64,000 bases of DNA from Coriobacteriales bacterium (lineage in GTDB: Bacteria; Actinomycetota; Coriobacteriia; Coriobacteriales; UMGS124). Below the pieces are notes generated by a model. The model searched no databases, was not told the DNA's origin, and saw only the letters and a list, made by a program, of their open reading frames with translations. Numbering within the stretch: position 1 is the stretch's first letter; the number at the start of each line of letters is the position of its first letter. Location: contig DBEYOB010000022.1 in assembly GCA_048173955.1 (NCBI GenBank), forward strand, positions 7,048 through 71,047, given 5' to 3'. Below, in pieces: positions 45,466 to 59,215 of this stretch. Position numbers and translations under genes: made by a program.

Positions 45466-45477
45466 CATAGGTACTAT
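45449..45477 (+). promoter_or_regulatory. Sigma-70-like promoter of the atp operon
   Basis: TTGAAA-17 bp-TACTAT, about 55 bp upstream of atpI. Confidence 0.55.
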
Positions 45478-45532
45478 AGCTGCGTTTGCGTAGCTTTCGG
45501 GTTCTTGGCGTGGGAGGAGTGCGGCTGAGCAT

Positions 45533-45814
45533 ATGGAATACGTCGCGCCGATAGTCGCAGGTATCGTCTGCGGCCTGCTGGCAGGCGCACCCTATGTTGT
45601 CGCGCTGAAACTTTCCAAGCGCTCGCACGACGCGTCGGTCCTGCCGGCGTTGGCTGCCGTTGGCGTTTCGATTGTTGTCATTGCCCTTTCCGTTCTCGTG
45701 GCCTGGGTGCTTTTGCGCGAATTGCTGATATTATTTGCAGGTAGTCTGGTCGTTGCGTTTCTGGCAGTCGTGGTTGCGGGCGTGGCTCTGCTTGGCCGCA
45801 AGCCTCGGTCCTAA
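45533..45814 (+). CDS. atpI: AtpI/AtpZ-like small membrane protein
   Basis: 93 aa with 3 hydrophobic segments. It is the first gene of the atp operon. Confidence 0.65.
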   Translation: MEYVAPIVAGIVCGLLAGAPYVVALKLSKRSHDASVLPALAAVGVSIVVIALSVLVAWVLLRELLILFAGSLVVAFLAVVVAGVALLGRKPRS

Positions 45815-45834
45815 CGTGTGAGGAGTCAAGTCAG

Positions 45835-46635
45835 ATGGAAGCATTGGCAAACATTTCGGCGGAGATCGACCACCTTGTGTCGTCTTTCCTCTCTCCGGCC
45901 ATCGTGGGCAACGACATCGTCGGCCTGACCCAGTACACGTTCTGGATGGCGGTCGCCATCGTCCTGCTGCTCGTCGTGGTCTTCGCCGCGAAGAAGCGTC
46001 TCTCGCTCGTTCCCAAGGGCCGCTTCATCAACGGCTTCGAGTTCGTGGCCGAGTTCGTGCGCAACGACGTCGTCCTGGGCACCATCGGCCCGAAGGCCGA
46101 CAAGCACGCCCCCTTCCTGCTGACGCTGTTCTTCTTCATCCTCATCAACAACCTGGTGGGCATCATCCCCGGCTGCAAGCCGGGCACGGGCACCATCGGC
46201 GTGACGGTGGCGCTCGCCCTGTGCTCGTTCGTGTACTTCATCGTCATCGCGATCAAGCATCTGGGCGCGGTCGGGTACATCAAGTCGTTCGCCCCGGCCG
46301 GCGTCGCCTTCCCCATCAACCTGCTCGTGGGCATCATCGAGGTCTTCTCGACCATCCTGCGCCTCGTGACGCTTGCCGTGCGACTGTTCGCCAACATGTT
46401 CGCGGGCCACATCTGCCTGGGCGCCTTCGCGCTCATGACGAGCCTGTGCTTCACGTTCATGCTTGACAACTTCACGATGGGCACCCTGCTGGGCAGCGGC
46501 CTTCCCTCGCTGCTCTGGATGGTCATCCTCACCATCATCTACGCCATCGAGATGGTCGTCGCCGTCATCCAGGCATACGTGTTCACGGTGCTTTCGGCGG
46601 TGTACATCCAGCTCGCTGAGGCGGACGCCCACTAA
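45835..46635 (+). CDS. atpB: F0F1 ATP synthase subunit a
   Basis: Conserved LRLVTLAVRLFANMFAGH (essential Arg) and operon position. Confidence 0.95.
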   Translation: MEALANISAEIDHLVSSFLSPAIVGNDIVGLTQYTFWMAVAIVLLLVVVFAAKKRLSLVPKGRFINGFEFVAEFVRNDVVLGTIGPKADKHAPFLLTLFFFILINNLVGIIPGCKPGTGTIGVTVALALCSFVYFIVIAIKHLGAVGYIKSFAPAGVAFPINLLVGIIEVFSTILRLVTLAVRLFANMFAGHICLGAFALMTSLCFTFMLDNFTMGTLLGSGLPSLLWMVILTIIYAIEMVVAVIQAYVFTVLSAVYIQLAEADAH

Positions 46636-46808
46636 GGGCACCCACCCTCATCGCTTCCGGTGCGCACGGGCCGGAGCGACGCCCGGGTTCGGGCGAAAGC
46701 CCCGCGCGCTGTGTATCTTGGTCAATGCGGTCGTGCCACGGCCGATGACATTGGCTCTGTTGGTTTTCGCTCGGCACAGGGCCGGGCGGCCGTCCCTGAG
46801 GAGGAATC

Positions 46809-47000
46809 GTGGCTGTTATCGGTTATGGTCTTGGCGTTATTGGTGCTGGTCTCGGCATTGGTCTGGCTGCGTACGGCGCTGCCACTGGTATGGCTCGCCA
46901 GCCCGAGGTTCAGGGCCGTCTGTTCACCGTCTTCATCCTGGCCGCCGCCTTCGTTGAGGCCCTGGGCCTCATCGGCTTCGTGGCTACCCTCATCGCTTAA
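46809..47000 (+). CDS. atpE: F0F1 ATP synthase subunit c
   Basis: GTG start. Hairpin protein with loop ARQPE and proton-binding Glu in AAFVEALGLIGF. Confidence 0.9.
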   Translation: MAVIGYGLGVIGAGLGIGLAAYGAATGMARQPEVQGRLFTVFILAAAFVEALGLIGFVATLIA

Positions 47001-47044
47001 TTGCGATGAGCAGCGTACGCCCGATTGTCGATGGAGGTGAGTCA

Positions 47045-47653
47045 ATGAGCATTCGTAAACACGGCGCGGTTGCCACCATGCCCTTCGCTATGGCCGCCGT
47101 CGCCCTGGCTGCCCCGTCGCTCGCCTTCGCCGAAGAGGAGTCTGCCGCCGGAATCAACATCCTGATTCCCAAGCTGTCGGAGTTCATCCCTGCCCTGATT
47201 GCATTCCTGGTGATCTGGTTTATCTTCGCCAAGTTCGCCTGGCCTGCAGTCATCGGCATGCTTGACAAGCGCCAGGAGACCATCAAGAACAACCTTGATG
47301 AGGCCGAGGCTGCCAAGATCGAGGCACAGCAGTCCCTCGAGGAGTACAAGAAGCAGCTTGCCGATGCCCGCCGCGAGGCTGCCGGCATCGTCGACGAGGC
47401 CCGTCGCGCCGGCGAGCAGGTCAAGGCCGACATCACGGCCCAGGCTCAGGCCCAGGCCGACGAGATGATCGCCAAGGCCAAGAAGTCCATCGAGAAGGAG
47501 AAGCTGGCCGCGATTGCGGACCTGCAGGCTTCCGTCGCGGACGTCTCGGTCGCCGTGGCCGGTCGCTTCATCGGCGAGGATCTTTCCGATGACGCTCAGC
47601 GCAAGCTGATCGAGAAGTACGTCGCGGAAGCGGGGACCCTCAATGCCAACTAA
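47045..47653 (+). CDS. atpF: F0F1 ATP synthase subunit b
   Basis: RBS ggaggtg. One N-terminal TM helix followed by a long charged helix (KRQETIKNNLDEAEAAKIEAQQSLEEYKKQL). Confidence 0.9.
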   Translation: MSIRKHGAVATMPFAMAAVALAAPSLAFAEEESAAGINILIPKLSEFIPALIAFLVIWFIFAKFAWPAVIGMLDKRQETIKNNLDEAEAAKIEAQQSLEEYKKQLADARREAAGIVDEARRAGEQVKADITAQAQAQADEMIAKAKKSIEKEKLAAIADLQASVADVSVAVAGRFIGEDLSDDAQRKLIEKYVAEAGTLNAN

Positions 47654-48211
47654 TCGCATGCTGGTCAAGCAAGAAGTGACAACATATGCCCAGTGCCTCC
47701 TCGCCGCCGCGCAGGAGGCGGGTCGTGCCTTCGAGGATATCGAAGACATCAAGAGCGCCCGTCAGGCAGTCACCAAGTCTTCCCAGATGCGTGAGTTCCT
47801 GCAGGACGCCAACGTCTCTGCAGAGAGCAAGTCGGCGCTCGTCAAGGACGCCTTCGCCGGTCTTGCCCCCGAGGTTGTCTCGGTGGTTGCCGTCATGGCC
47901 GAACGCGGCGACATCAAGCTGCTCGGCCGCGTCGCCACCGCCTACGAGGCAGCGGCGGAGGAGGCCCTCGACATGGTGGTCGTGGATGTCACCACGGCCG
48001 TTCCGCTCGATGACCATCTGCGCGACGTCATCAGCACCAAACTGTCCGCCGACCTCGGTCGTTCGGTCCGTCTCAACGAGACGGTCGACCGCTCGATTCT
48101 CGGCGGCATCATCATGAGCACTCACGGCAGGCGCATGGATGCAAGCGTCCGCACGCAGCTTTCCAATGCACGCCAGGTGCTCGCGACCGCATCTACCGGA
48201 GGTGAAGAGTA

Positions 48212-48212
<1 letters not shown>
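47643..48212 (+). CDS. atpH: F0F1 ATP synthase subunit delta
   Basis: Operon position. OSCP-like C-terminus ([25 protein letters not shown]). Overlaps atpF by 11 nt. Confidence 0.9.
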
Positions 48213-49783
<1,571 letters not shown>

Positions 49784-49785
49784 CC

Positions 49786-52085
<2,300 letters not shown>

Positions 52086-52120
52086 GCGCACAGCCTATCC
52101 GTAAGGAAGAGGTCAGGCTT

Positions 52121-52540
52121 ATGACGGATATGCTTACCTGCGAGATTGTCACACCGGTGAAGACCGTCTTCTCGAGCGAGGCGACCTATGTCGGCCTGCC
52201 CGGCGAAGTCGGCTCCTTCGGTGTCATGCGTCGTCACGAGCCTCTGGTTTCTGCCCTGCAGCCCGGCGTGGTGAACGTCGCCACGCCGGCTTCGGGCCGA
52301 GACAGCAAGGTCACCTTTGTCGTCTCGGGCGGCTACACCGAGATCAACGACAACAAGGTCATCGTTCTTGCCAACGATGCCGTTGCGGTCAGCGATATCG
52401 ATGCCGACGCCGTCAGGGCCGAGCTTGACAAGGTGGAGAAGACCCTCGCCGGGCTCGGCGAGGGCGATTCCACCGCCGCATACTACAAGGGCCAGAAGGC
52501 CTGGAACGAACTCCAGCTCAAAGCCGTTCTGGGCGAGTAG
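52121..52540 (+). CDS. atpC: F0F1 ATP synthase subunit epsilon
   Basis: Operon position. LTCEIVTPVKTVFSSEATYVGLPGEVGSFGVM. Confidence 0.93.
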   Translation: MTDMLTCEIVTPVKTVFSSEATYVGLPGEVGSFGVMRRHEPLVSALQPGVVNVATPASGRDSKVTFVVSGGYTEINDNKVIVLANDAVAVSDIDADAVRAELDKVEKTLAGLGEGDSTAAYYKGQKAWNELQLKAVLGE

Positions 52541-52555
52541 CAGGAGGGCACCCGC

Positions 52556-53833
52556 ATGGACGTCATCAAGGTCGAAGGCGGTCACAAGCTGCACGGCACG
52601 ATACGCGTCGAGGGTGCCAAGAACTCAGCCTTGAAGCTCATGGCTGCAACCATCATGGCGCCGGGCGTCTACCACCTGTCCAACGTGCCGTACATCTCCG
52701 ATGTGCGGCTGATGGGCAAGGTGCTCGAGACGCTCGGCGCCTCTGTTGTCTACGACGACCACCATCTCACCATCGACACCTCGACCGCGACGGAGTGGGT
52801 CACCCCCTACGAGCTCGTGTCGAAGATGCGGGCGAGCATCTCGATCCTCGGCCCGCTCATCACGCGCTTCGGCAAGGCCGTCGTGTCCATGCCGGGCGGC
52901 TGCAACCTCGGCGCGCGCTCCATCGACCAGCATCTCGCCGGCCTGAGCGCGCTCGGCGTCGAGTTCTCCAACGAGCACGGCAACATCCACGCCAAGGTCC
53001 CCCACGGGCTCAACGGCACCATTGTGACCCTCGATTTCCCGAGCGTCGGTGCGACCGAGAACGTGATGATGGGCGCCGTGACGGCGAAGGGCCGCACGAT
53101 CATCGAGAACGCGGCGCGCGAGCCCGAGATCGTCGACCTCGCCAACTTCCTGAACAAGATGGGCGCCGACATCCGCGACGCCGGCTCGCACGTCATCGAG
53201 ATCCACGGCGTCGAGGACCTCCATGCCTGCGACCACACCGTCGTCGGCGACCGTATCGAGGCGGGCACGTTCCTGGTCGCGGGCGCGCTCTGCGCCGACG
53301 AGGGGCTCACCGTCACGGGCTTCGACCCGGTCCACCTCGACATCCCGCTCAGCAAGATGGCGCTGATGGGCATCCCGGTCGAGCGGCACGAGCGCGGCGT
53401 CACCGTCGCCAAGGCGGACCGGCTGCTGCCGACCGACATCCAGACGCTCCCGTTCCCCGGTTTCCCGACCGACATGCAGGCCCAGTTCATGGTCCTCACC
53501 GCCATGGCGGACGGGGCGAGCTTCATCACCGAGAACATCTTCGAGAACCGCTTCATGCTCGTCGCCGAGCTCGCCCGCATGGGTGCGAACATCCGCGTCG
53601 AGGAGCGCCATGCGCTGGTAAAGGGCCCTTGCCATCTCACGGGCGCCCAGGTCAAGTCGCCCGACTTGCGCGGCGGCGCCGCCCTGGTGCTCGCCGGCCT
53701 CGTGGCCGACGGCACGACCTACGTTTCCGAGACGCGCCACATCAAGCGAGGCTACGAGCGCTTCGTCGAAAAGCTCTGCTCTGTCGGTGCGGCCGTCGAG
53801 CACATCGACATGCCGGCCCCCGACGAGGAGTAG
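52556..53833 (+). CDS. murA: UDP-N-acetylglucosamine 1-carboxyvinyltransferase
   Basis: VEGAKNSALKLMAA; active-site loop is MPGGCNLGARSIDQH. Confidence 0.96.
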   Translation: MDVIKVEGGHKLHGTIRVEGAKNSALKLMAATIMAPGVYHLSNVPYISDVRLMGKVLETLGASVVYDDHHLTIDTSTATEWVTPYELVSKMRASISILGPLITRFGKAVVSMPGGCNLGARSIDQHLAGLSALGVEFSNEHGNIHAKVPHGLNGTIVTLDFPSVGATENVMMGAVTAKGRTIIENAAREPEIVDLANFLNKMGADIRDAGSHVIEIHGVEDLHACDHTVVGDRIEAGTFLVAGALCADEGLTVTGFDPVHLDIPLSKMALMGIPVERHERGVTVAKADRLLPTDIQTLPFPGFPTDMQAQFMVLTAMADGASFITENIFENRFMLVAELARMGANIRVEERHALVKGPCHLTGAQVKSPDLRGGAALVLAGLVADGTTYVSETRHIKRGYERFVEKLCSVGAAVEHIDMPAPDEE

Positions 53834-53992
53834 CCGCCCCCGCACAACCTTCTTTGCCGCCGGTGCAGCCTTCTGCGCGCCGATTCGCGCCGTCTCCGCC
53901 CTGGCCGGTGCCGCGCGGCCGGCATCCGCACGCCCCATTCGCTATAGTCGTCGCAACGTTCGGATTGTCAGGCATGGCGAAACGGGGGCCGT

Positions 53993-55324
53993 ATGGACCG
54001 CATCGAGCAGCGTATCGTCGAGCTTATCGACCGGAGGCGCGGCGACATCGTCTCGTTCGCCCGCGACGTCTTTGACCACGCCGAGCTCGGCTACAAGGAG
54101 TTTCGGACCGCCGAGAGGTTTGCGCGGGCGTTGCGGGCGCAGGGTATCGAGACGCACGAGGGGCTCGCCCTGACCGGCGTCAAAGGGTATCTTCGCCAGA
54201 CGGGCGCCGCCGCTGCCGGTCCCACGGTCGCCCTTATCGGCGAGCTCGACGCCCTGCGCATTCCCGAGCACCCCCATGCCAACCCCCAGACCCAGGCCGC
54301 CCACTCGTGCGGGCACCACGCCCAGCTCGCCGGCGTCGTGGGCGCGGCGTTCGCCCTCGCCGACCCGGAGGTCGCCGCGGCGCTCGACGGCAGCGTCGTG
54401 TTCTTCGGCGTCCCGTCGGAGGAGTACGGCGAGGTCGAGTTCAAGCGGGGTCTGGTCTCCGAGGGGAAGATCGAATGCCTGGGCGGCAAGGCAGAGCTCA
54501 TCCGCATCGGGGCGTTCGACGACGTCGACCTTGCGGTCGTGCACCATTCCGACGCCGGCGGCATCTCGGTCGGGACGCGGAGCTGCAACGGCTTCGTCGC
54601 CAAGGTGATCCGCATCCTCGGCCGCGAGGCGCATGCCGCGGGGGCTCCCGAACGGGGCGTCAACGCGCTCAACGCGGCGAGCCTCGGCCTGGCGGCGCTC
54701 GCCTACCAGCGCGAGACCTTCCGCGACGAGGACATGGTGCGCGTCCACCCCATCATGACGCGTGGCGGGAACCTGGTGAACGTGGTGCCCGCCGAGGCGG
54801 TCGTCGAGACGCTCGTGCGCGCCAGGACGCTCGAGGCGATCGAGGACGCCGACCTCAAGACGGACCGGTCCTTCAAGGCGGGGGCCGACGCGCTCGGCGC
54901 CGGCTACGACATCGAGACCATGGCGGGCTACCTTCCCGGCATCTACCAGCCGGCAAACCCCCTGCTGCTCGAGGCGGCCCGCGAGGTGGCGGCCGGACGC
55001 CCCGTGTCGTGCATCGAGCCGGGCGACCACGAGGCGGCCTCGACCGACGTGGGCGACCTGCAGCACGTCAAGCCGGTGCTCACGTTCCGCACCGGCGGCG
55101 TGGCGGGCGCGTTCCACGCGAAGGACTTCGCGGTTGTCGACGAGGAGGAGGCGTATATCGTCACGGCGAAGATCTTTGCGCTCGGCGCGTACAAGCTGCT
55201 CAAGGATGGCGCGTGCGGCGCGAGGGAGGTCGTCGACACCTACCGGCCGGTCTTCACCAAGCAGGGCTATCTCGACTACCTGGCGGGTTTCGGGCGCCGC
55301 GAGACCAAGGAGGTGCGGGCATGA
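53993..55324 (+). CDS. M20D-family amidohydrolase
   Basis: HAELGYKEFRTAERFA, metal-ligand region AHSCGHHAQLAGVVGAA, and GVPSEE. Confidence 0.8.
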   Translation: MDRIEQRIVELIDRRRGDIVSFARDVFDHAELGYKEFRTAERFARALRAQGIETHEGLALTGVKGYLRQTGAAAAGPTVALIGELDALRIPEHPHANPQTQAAHSCGHHAQLAGVVGAAFALADPEVAAALDGSVVFFGVPSEEYGEVEFKRGLVSEGKIECLGGKAELIRIGAFDDVDLAVVHHSDAGGISVGTRSCNGFVAKVIRILGREAHAAGAPERGVNALNAASLGLAALAYQRETFRDEDMVRVHPIMTRGGNLVNVVPAEAVVETLVRARTLEAIEDADLKTDRSFKAGADALGAGYDIETMAGYLPGIYQPANPLLLEAAREVAAGRPVSCIEPGDHEAASTDVGDLQHVKPVLTFRTGGVAGAFHAKDFAVVDEEEAYIVTAKIFALGAYKLLKDGACGAREVVDTYRPVFTKQGYLDYLAGFGRRETKEVRA

Positions 55325-55920
55325 GCGATGCGGGCACGGACGTCGGGCCGTCCAGCCTCGACCTGTTCGACGCCGACTACGACGAAGGCCGCGTTTCGGA
55401 ACAGCAGTATGAGGTGCGCAAGGCGACCCGCCATTTCGCGATGCTGTACTTCCATTTCGTCAAGACGCTCGTGGAGGAGCTCGGCGAAGACCGGGCCCGG
55501 GCACTCGTCCAGAAGGCGGTGTTCGAGCTGGCGTGCGACCGCACCGACCAGCTGCGCGCCAAGGCCGACCGGCTCGGGATCGCCCACGACGATATGGACA
55601 ACTTTAACGACTACGCCGACCTCGCGCTTTCGGGCTGGGTGCCGGAGCTGGGGGAGGACCACTGCCCGTATGCCCAGGTGTGGCGCACCTACTACGGCGA
55701 TTATCCGTGGTTCCGCCGGTTCGCGCCCCTGTACTGCGACGTCATCGACACCACGGTGGCCGAGAACCTCACGCGCCGCGTGTCGCACCGCATCACCGAG
55801 AACGTCCTGACCGGCGCCGAAACCTGTCGGCGCGTGTATTTCGACTCGCCCAACGTCGCCCAGGGGTGGTACACCTACGGGGTTCGGGACGGCTCGTCGC
55901 CGGAGGACGCCTGTCGGTGA
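55321..55920 (+). CDS. L-2-amino-thiazoline-4-carboxylic acid (ATC) hydrolase-like protein
   Basis: 199 aa. ATGA overlap with the upstream amidohydrolase gene. Cys-containing motifs EDHCPYAQVW, LYCDVIDTTVAENL and TCRRVYF resemble the ATC_hydrolase family. Confidence 0.55.
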   Translation: MSDAGTDVGPSSLDLFDADYDEGRVSEQQYEVRKATRHFAMLYFHFVKTLVEELGEDRARALVQKAVFELACDRTDQLRAKADRLGIAHDDMDNFNDYADLALSGWVPELGEDHCPYAQVWRTYYGDYPWFRRFAPLYCDVIDTTVAENLTRRVSHRITENVLTGAETCRRVYFDSPNVAQGWYTYGVRDGSSPEDACR

Positions 55921-55981
55921 GACGCGTGCCCCGCTCGCCGGACACGGTGCGAGCCGGAGGGCGCCCGGCGGGATCCCCGCC

Positions 55982-56024
55982 ATAAAGAGCGGCCCCCGGG
56001 CCGGCGATTCGGCTCGGGGGCCGC
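55982..56024 (-). terminator. Intrinsic terminator of pepT
   Basis: gcggcccccg-N16-cgggggccgc. On the minus strand the stem is followed by TCTTTATGG. Confidence 0.6.
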
Positions 56025-56063
56025 GGCGCGTCGCGGAACCGGGGGCGATGCCCCGCCGTCCGG

Positions 56064-57302
56064 CTACGCCTGCTGTGCGTAGAGCTTGCAGAGCTCCTGC
56101 AAGAAGTCGACCATGCCCTCGACCTGCTCGACCACGGCGAACTCGCGCACGCTGTGGTAGTTCTCGCCGCCGGTGGAGAGGTTGGGGCAGGGCAGGCCGC
56201 GGAACGAGAGCTGCGCGCCGTCGGTGCCGCCGCGGATCGGCTTGGTGTGGGCAACCACGCCGATGTTCTCGAACGCCTTGTAGGCGTTGTCGATGAGGTG
56301 CTGGTGGGGTGCCACGATCTCGGCCATGTTGCGGTACTGGTCGCGCACCTCGACGGTCACGCGCGGCTCGTCCCAGCGCTTGTTCATGAGGTCGGCGATG
56401 TCCTTGACCAGCTGCTTCTTGCGGTCGAACTCGACGGCGTCGTGGTCGCGGATGATGTAGTGCGCCGTGGTCTCCACGCACGTGCCGCTGACGTCGCACA
56501 GGTGGAAGAAGCCCTCGTAGCCGCAGGTGTGCTCGGGGCGCTGCCAGGCGGGCAGCATCGCGTCGAACTCCTCGAACACGTGCAGCGAGTTGATCATGAT
56601 GTCCTTGGCGCTGCCGGGGTGGATCTCGTGGCCGCGCACCGTGACCGTCACGCTCGCGGCGTTGAAGCACTCGTACTCGACGCCGCCGATGAGGTCGCCG
56701 TCGAGGGTGTAGGCGTATTCGGCGCCGAACTTCTCGAGATCGAGCAGCTCGCAGCCGTGCCCGATCTCTTCGTCGGGGGCGAAGCACACGGCCAGCGGCG
56801 GGTGGGGGATGCTCGGGTCGGCGGCGATGCGCGCGACGAGCGCCATGATCTCGGCGACGCCGGCCTTGTCGTCGACGGCGAGCAGCGTGCTGCCGTCGCT
56901 CGTGAGGAGCTCCTTGCCCACGAACTGGGGCAGCGCCGGGGTGTTCTCCGGCGTGAGCGAGACGGGCTCGCCGTTGACGGTGCCCAGCACGAGCTCGCCG
57001 CCCTCGTAGGTCACGATCTGGGGATGGATGTCGTGGGCGGGCGCGTCGGGGCTCGCGTCGATGTGGGCGATGAGGCCCAGGCACGGCAGGCCCTCGCAGC
57101 CGACCGAGGCGGGCACGTGGCCGACCACGTAGGCGTGCTCGTCGGCCGCGGCGTCGGCGATGCCGAGCTGCTGCAGCTCGTCGGCGAGCAGGCGGGCGAG
57201 ATCGTGCTCTTCGGGGTTCGAGGGCACCTCGGCCTCGTTGGCGGGGTTCGAGGGTGTGGGTACCTTGCAGTAGCGGATCAGTCGTTCGATGACGTCGCTC
57301 AT
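56064..57302 (-). CDS. pepT: Peptidase T (tripeptide aminopeptidase, M20B)
   Basis: MSDVIERLIRYCKVPTPS, LIAHIDASPD, DDKAGVAEIM, FAPDEEIGHG and GGTDGAQL motifs. Confidence 0.93.
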   Translation of the reverse strand: MSDVIERLIRYCKVPTPSNPANEAEVPSNPEEHDLARLLADELQQLGIADAAADEHAYVVGHVPASVGCEGLPCLGLIAHIDASPDAPAHDIHPQIVTYEGGELVLGTVNGEPVSLTPENTPALPQFVGKELLTSDGSTLLAVDDKAGVAEIMALVARIAADPSIPHPPLAVCFAPDEEIGHGCELLDLEKFGAEYAYTLDGDLIGGVEYECFNAASVTVTVRGHEIHPGSAKDIMINSLHVFEEFDAMLPAWQRPEHTCGYEGFFHLCDVSGTCVETTAHYIIRDHDAVEFDRKKQLVKDIADLMNKRWDEPRVTVEVRDQYRNMAEIVAPHQHLIDNAYKAFENIGVVAHTKPIRGGTDGAQLSFRGLPCPNLSTGGENYHSVREFAVVEQVEGMVDFLQELCKLYAQQA

Positions 57303-57406
57303 GGGCGCGCTCCAATCTCGGGGCAGTCGGGGACGGACGGAAGTAGTGTAGCGCTTTGGGGAGACGGGGTGCGCCTGATCCGCCGCCGAATCGCCCCGCC
57401 GGCGGT

Positions 57407-58948
57407 CTACCCCCGCGCCGCGAGCCAGGCCTCCACGCTCGCCTCGATGCCCTCGCACGTGGCTTCGACCACGGTGGAGAACCTTCGCTCGGCCCCCTCG
57501 AGGGCCTCGATGCCGGCGGGGACGGCCTTGCCCGTCTCGCGTGCGATGAGCCGGTCGAGCTCGATGCCGCCGAGCGCGGCGACCTCGGCGGGCAGATCCG
57601 CGCCCGCTCCCAGGCCGTGCAGGCCGCGCCACACGTCGGCGCCGAACTTGGCCCAATGCGCCGTCGAGGCCACGATTACCGGGCGCTCGCCCTTCAGGCG
57701 GCGGGCGACCTCCAGGGCGACGGCCGTGTGGGGGTCGCACAGATAGCCGTCCTCCTCGAACGTGCGCCCGATGGAGCGCAGGCAGTCGTCGTTCGTCACG
57801 AAGCCTGCGGCGTAGAGGTCCTGGAGGCGCGCGCGCGTCTCGGGGTCGACCTCGAAGCGCCCCTCCACGTTGAGCTCGCCCATCCAGGCGCGGATGCGCG
57901 CGGCGTCGCGGTCAGTGAGCTCGAACAGCTGGCGCTCGAGGTTCGAGCTCACCAGGATGTCCATGCTCGGCGAGGGCGTGAGGTGCAGCGAGCGCCCGCG
58001 GATGTCGTACACGCCGGTGCCGATGAAGTCGGTGAGCACGTTGTTCTCGTTGCTCGCGCACAGCAGGCGCGCGATGGGCGCGCCCATGCGCCGCGCGTAG
58101 TAGGCGGCGAGGATGTTGCCGAAGTTGCCGGTCGGCACGCACACGTCGACCTCGTCGCCCGCGGCGAGCTCGCCGGCGGCCACCAGGTCGGCGTAGGCGG
58201 AGAGGTAGTACACGATCTGGGGCATGAGGCGCCCCCAGTTGATCGAGTTGGCGCTCGAGAGGGCCACGTTGCGCTCCTCGAGCAGCCGCGTGCAGAACGC
58301 CCAGTCGCCGAAGGCGCGCTTGACCGAGGTCTGGCAGTCGTCGAAGTCGCCCCGCGCGCCGAACACCGCCACGTTTTCGCCCCGCTGGGTGGTCATCTGG
58401 AGCAGCTGCACGTCCGAGACGCCGCCGTCGGGGTAGAACACGGCGATCGAGACGTGCTCGCGCCCGGCAAACCCCTCGAGCGCCGCCTTGCCCGTGTCGC
58501 CCGAGGTCGCCACGAGGATGAGGTGGTCGTGGTCGAGCTTGCCCGCCTCGCGCAGCGAGCCGGCGGCGTGCTCGAAGAAGCGGGGCAGGCACTGCAGCGC
58601 CATGTCCTTGAACGCCGAGGTGGGGCCGTGGAAGAGCTCAAGCACGTACGTGCCGCCGCCCAGGGGCACCACCGGCGCGATGCGGGCGTCGTCCCACTGG
58701 TCGCCGTAGGAACCCGCCATGAGCGCCGCGACGTCGGAGGAAGGCACGTCGATGCCGAACGCGTCGTAGACGCGGGCGGCGCGCTGCGCGTAGGGGAGCG
58801 CGGCCAGGCCGCAGATCTCGCCGAGCGCGAGGGAGGGGATCTCGCGGGGCACGAACAGGCCGCCGCCCGGGGCGATGCCCTGGACGATGGCCTCGCAGAA
58901 CGAGAGCGCCTCGGTGACGTTGCCGCGCGTGTCGATGAATGCGTTCAT
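57407..58948 (-). CDS. thrC: Threonine synthase (long form)
   Basis: GGLFVPREIP; PLP-lysine motif is GPTSAFKDMALQ; ATSGDTGKAALEGF. Confidence 0.93.
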   Translation of the reverse strand: MNAFIDTRGNVTEALSFCEAIVQGIAPGGGLFVPREIPSLALGEICGLAALPYAQRAARVYDAFGIDVPSSDVAALMAGSYGDQWDDARIAPVVPLGGGTYVLELFHGPTSAFKDMALQCLPRFFEHAAGSLREAGKLDHDHLILVATSGDTGKAALEGFAGREHVSIAVFYPDGGVSDVQLLQMTTQRGENVAVFGARGDFDDCQTSVKRAFGDWAFCTRLLEERNVALSSANSINWGRLMPQIVYYLSAYADLVAAGELAAGDEVDVCVPTGNFGNILAAYYARRMGAPIARLLCASNENNVLTDFIGTGVYDIRGRSLHLTPSPSMDILVSSNLERQLFELTDRDAARIRAWMGELNVEGRFEVDPETRARLQDLYAAGFVTNDDCLRSIGRTFEEDGYLCDPHTAVALEVARRLKGERPVIVASTAHWAKFGADVWRGLHGLGAGADLPAEVAALGGIELDRLIARETGKAVPAGIEALEGAERRFSTVVEATCEGIEASVEAWLAARG

Positions 58949-59130
58949 GGTTGGCGATGCTCCCTTGTGCCTCGGGCGGCGCCTGTGCCGCGGTGTGGTG
59001 GGCACCATGGTAGCCCCTCCGGGCGGGCCCGGTGGCGCGGCGGCCGTTTTTGCTGCCCGCTGCCGAGAAAGAACCATGCTTGGCGGCGCGCGGGACCCCG
59101 TCCGTGCGCGGGACGCCACAACGGGGCGCC

Positions 59131-59172
59131 CAAACAGAAAAGGGGCCGGACCGCACGACGGCGATCCGGCCC
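59131..59172 (-). terminator. Rho-independent terminator after the YhgE/Pip-like gene
   Basis: Minus strand reads gggccgga-N14-tccggccc followed by CTTTTCTGTTTG. Confidence 0.65.
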
Positions 59173-59215
59173 TGCGGCGCCCGCCTCCTGCCGGCGGGCC
59201 CCTGCCCGTTCGGGG

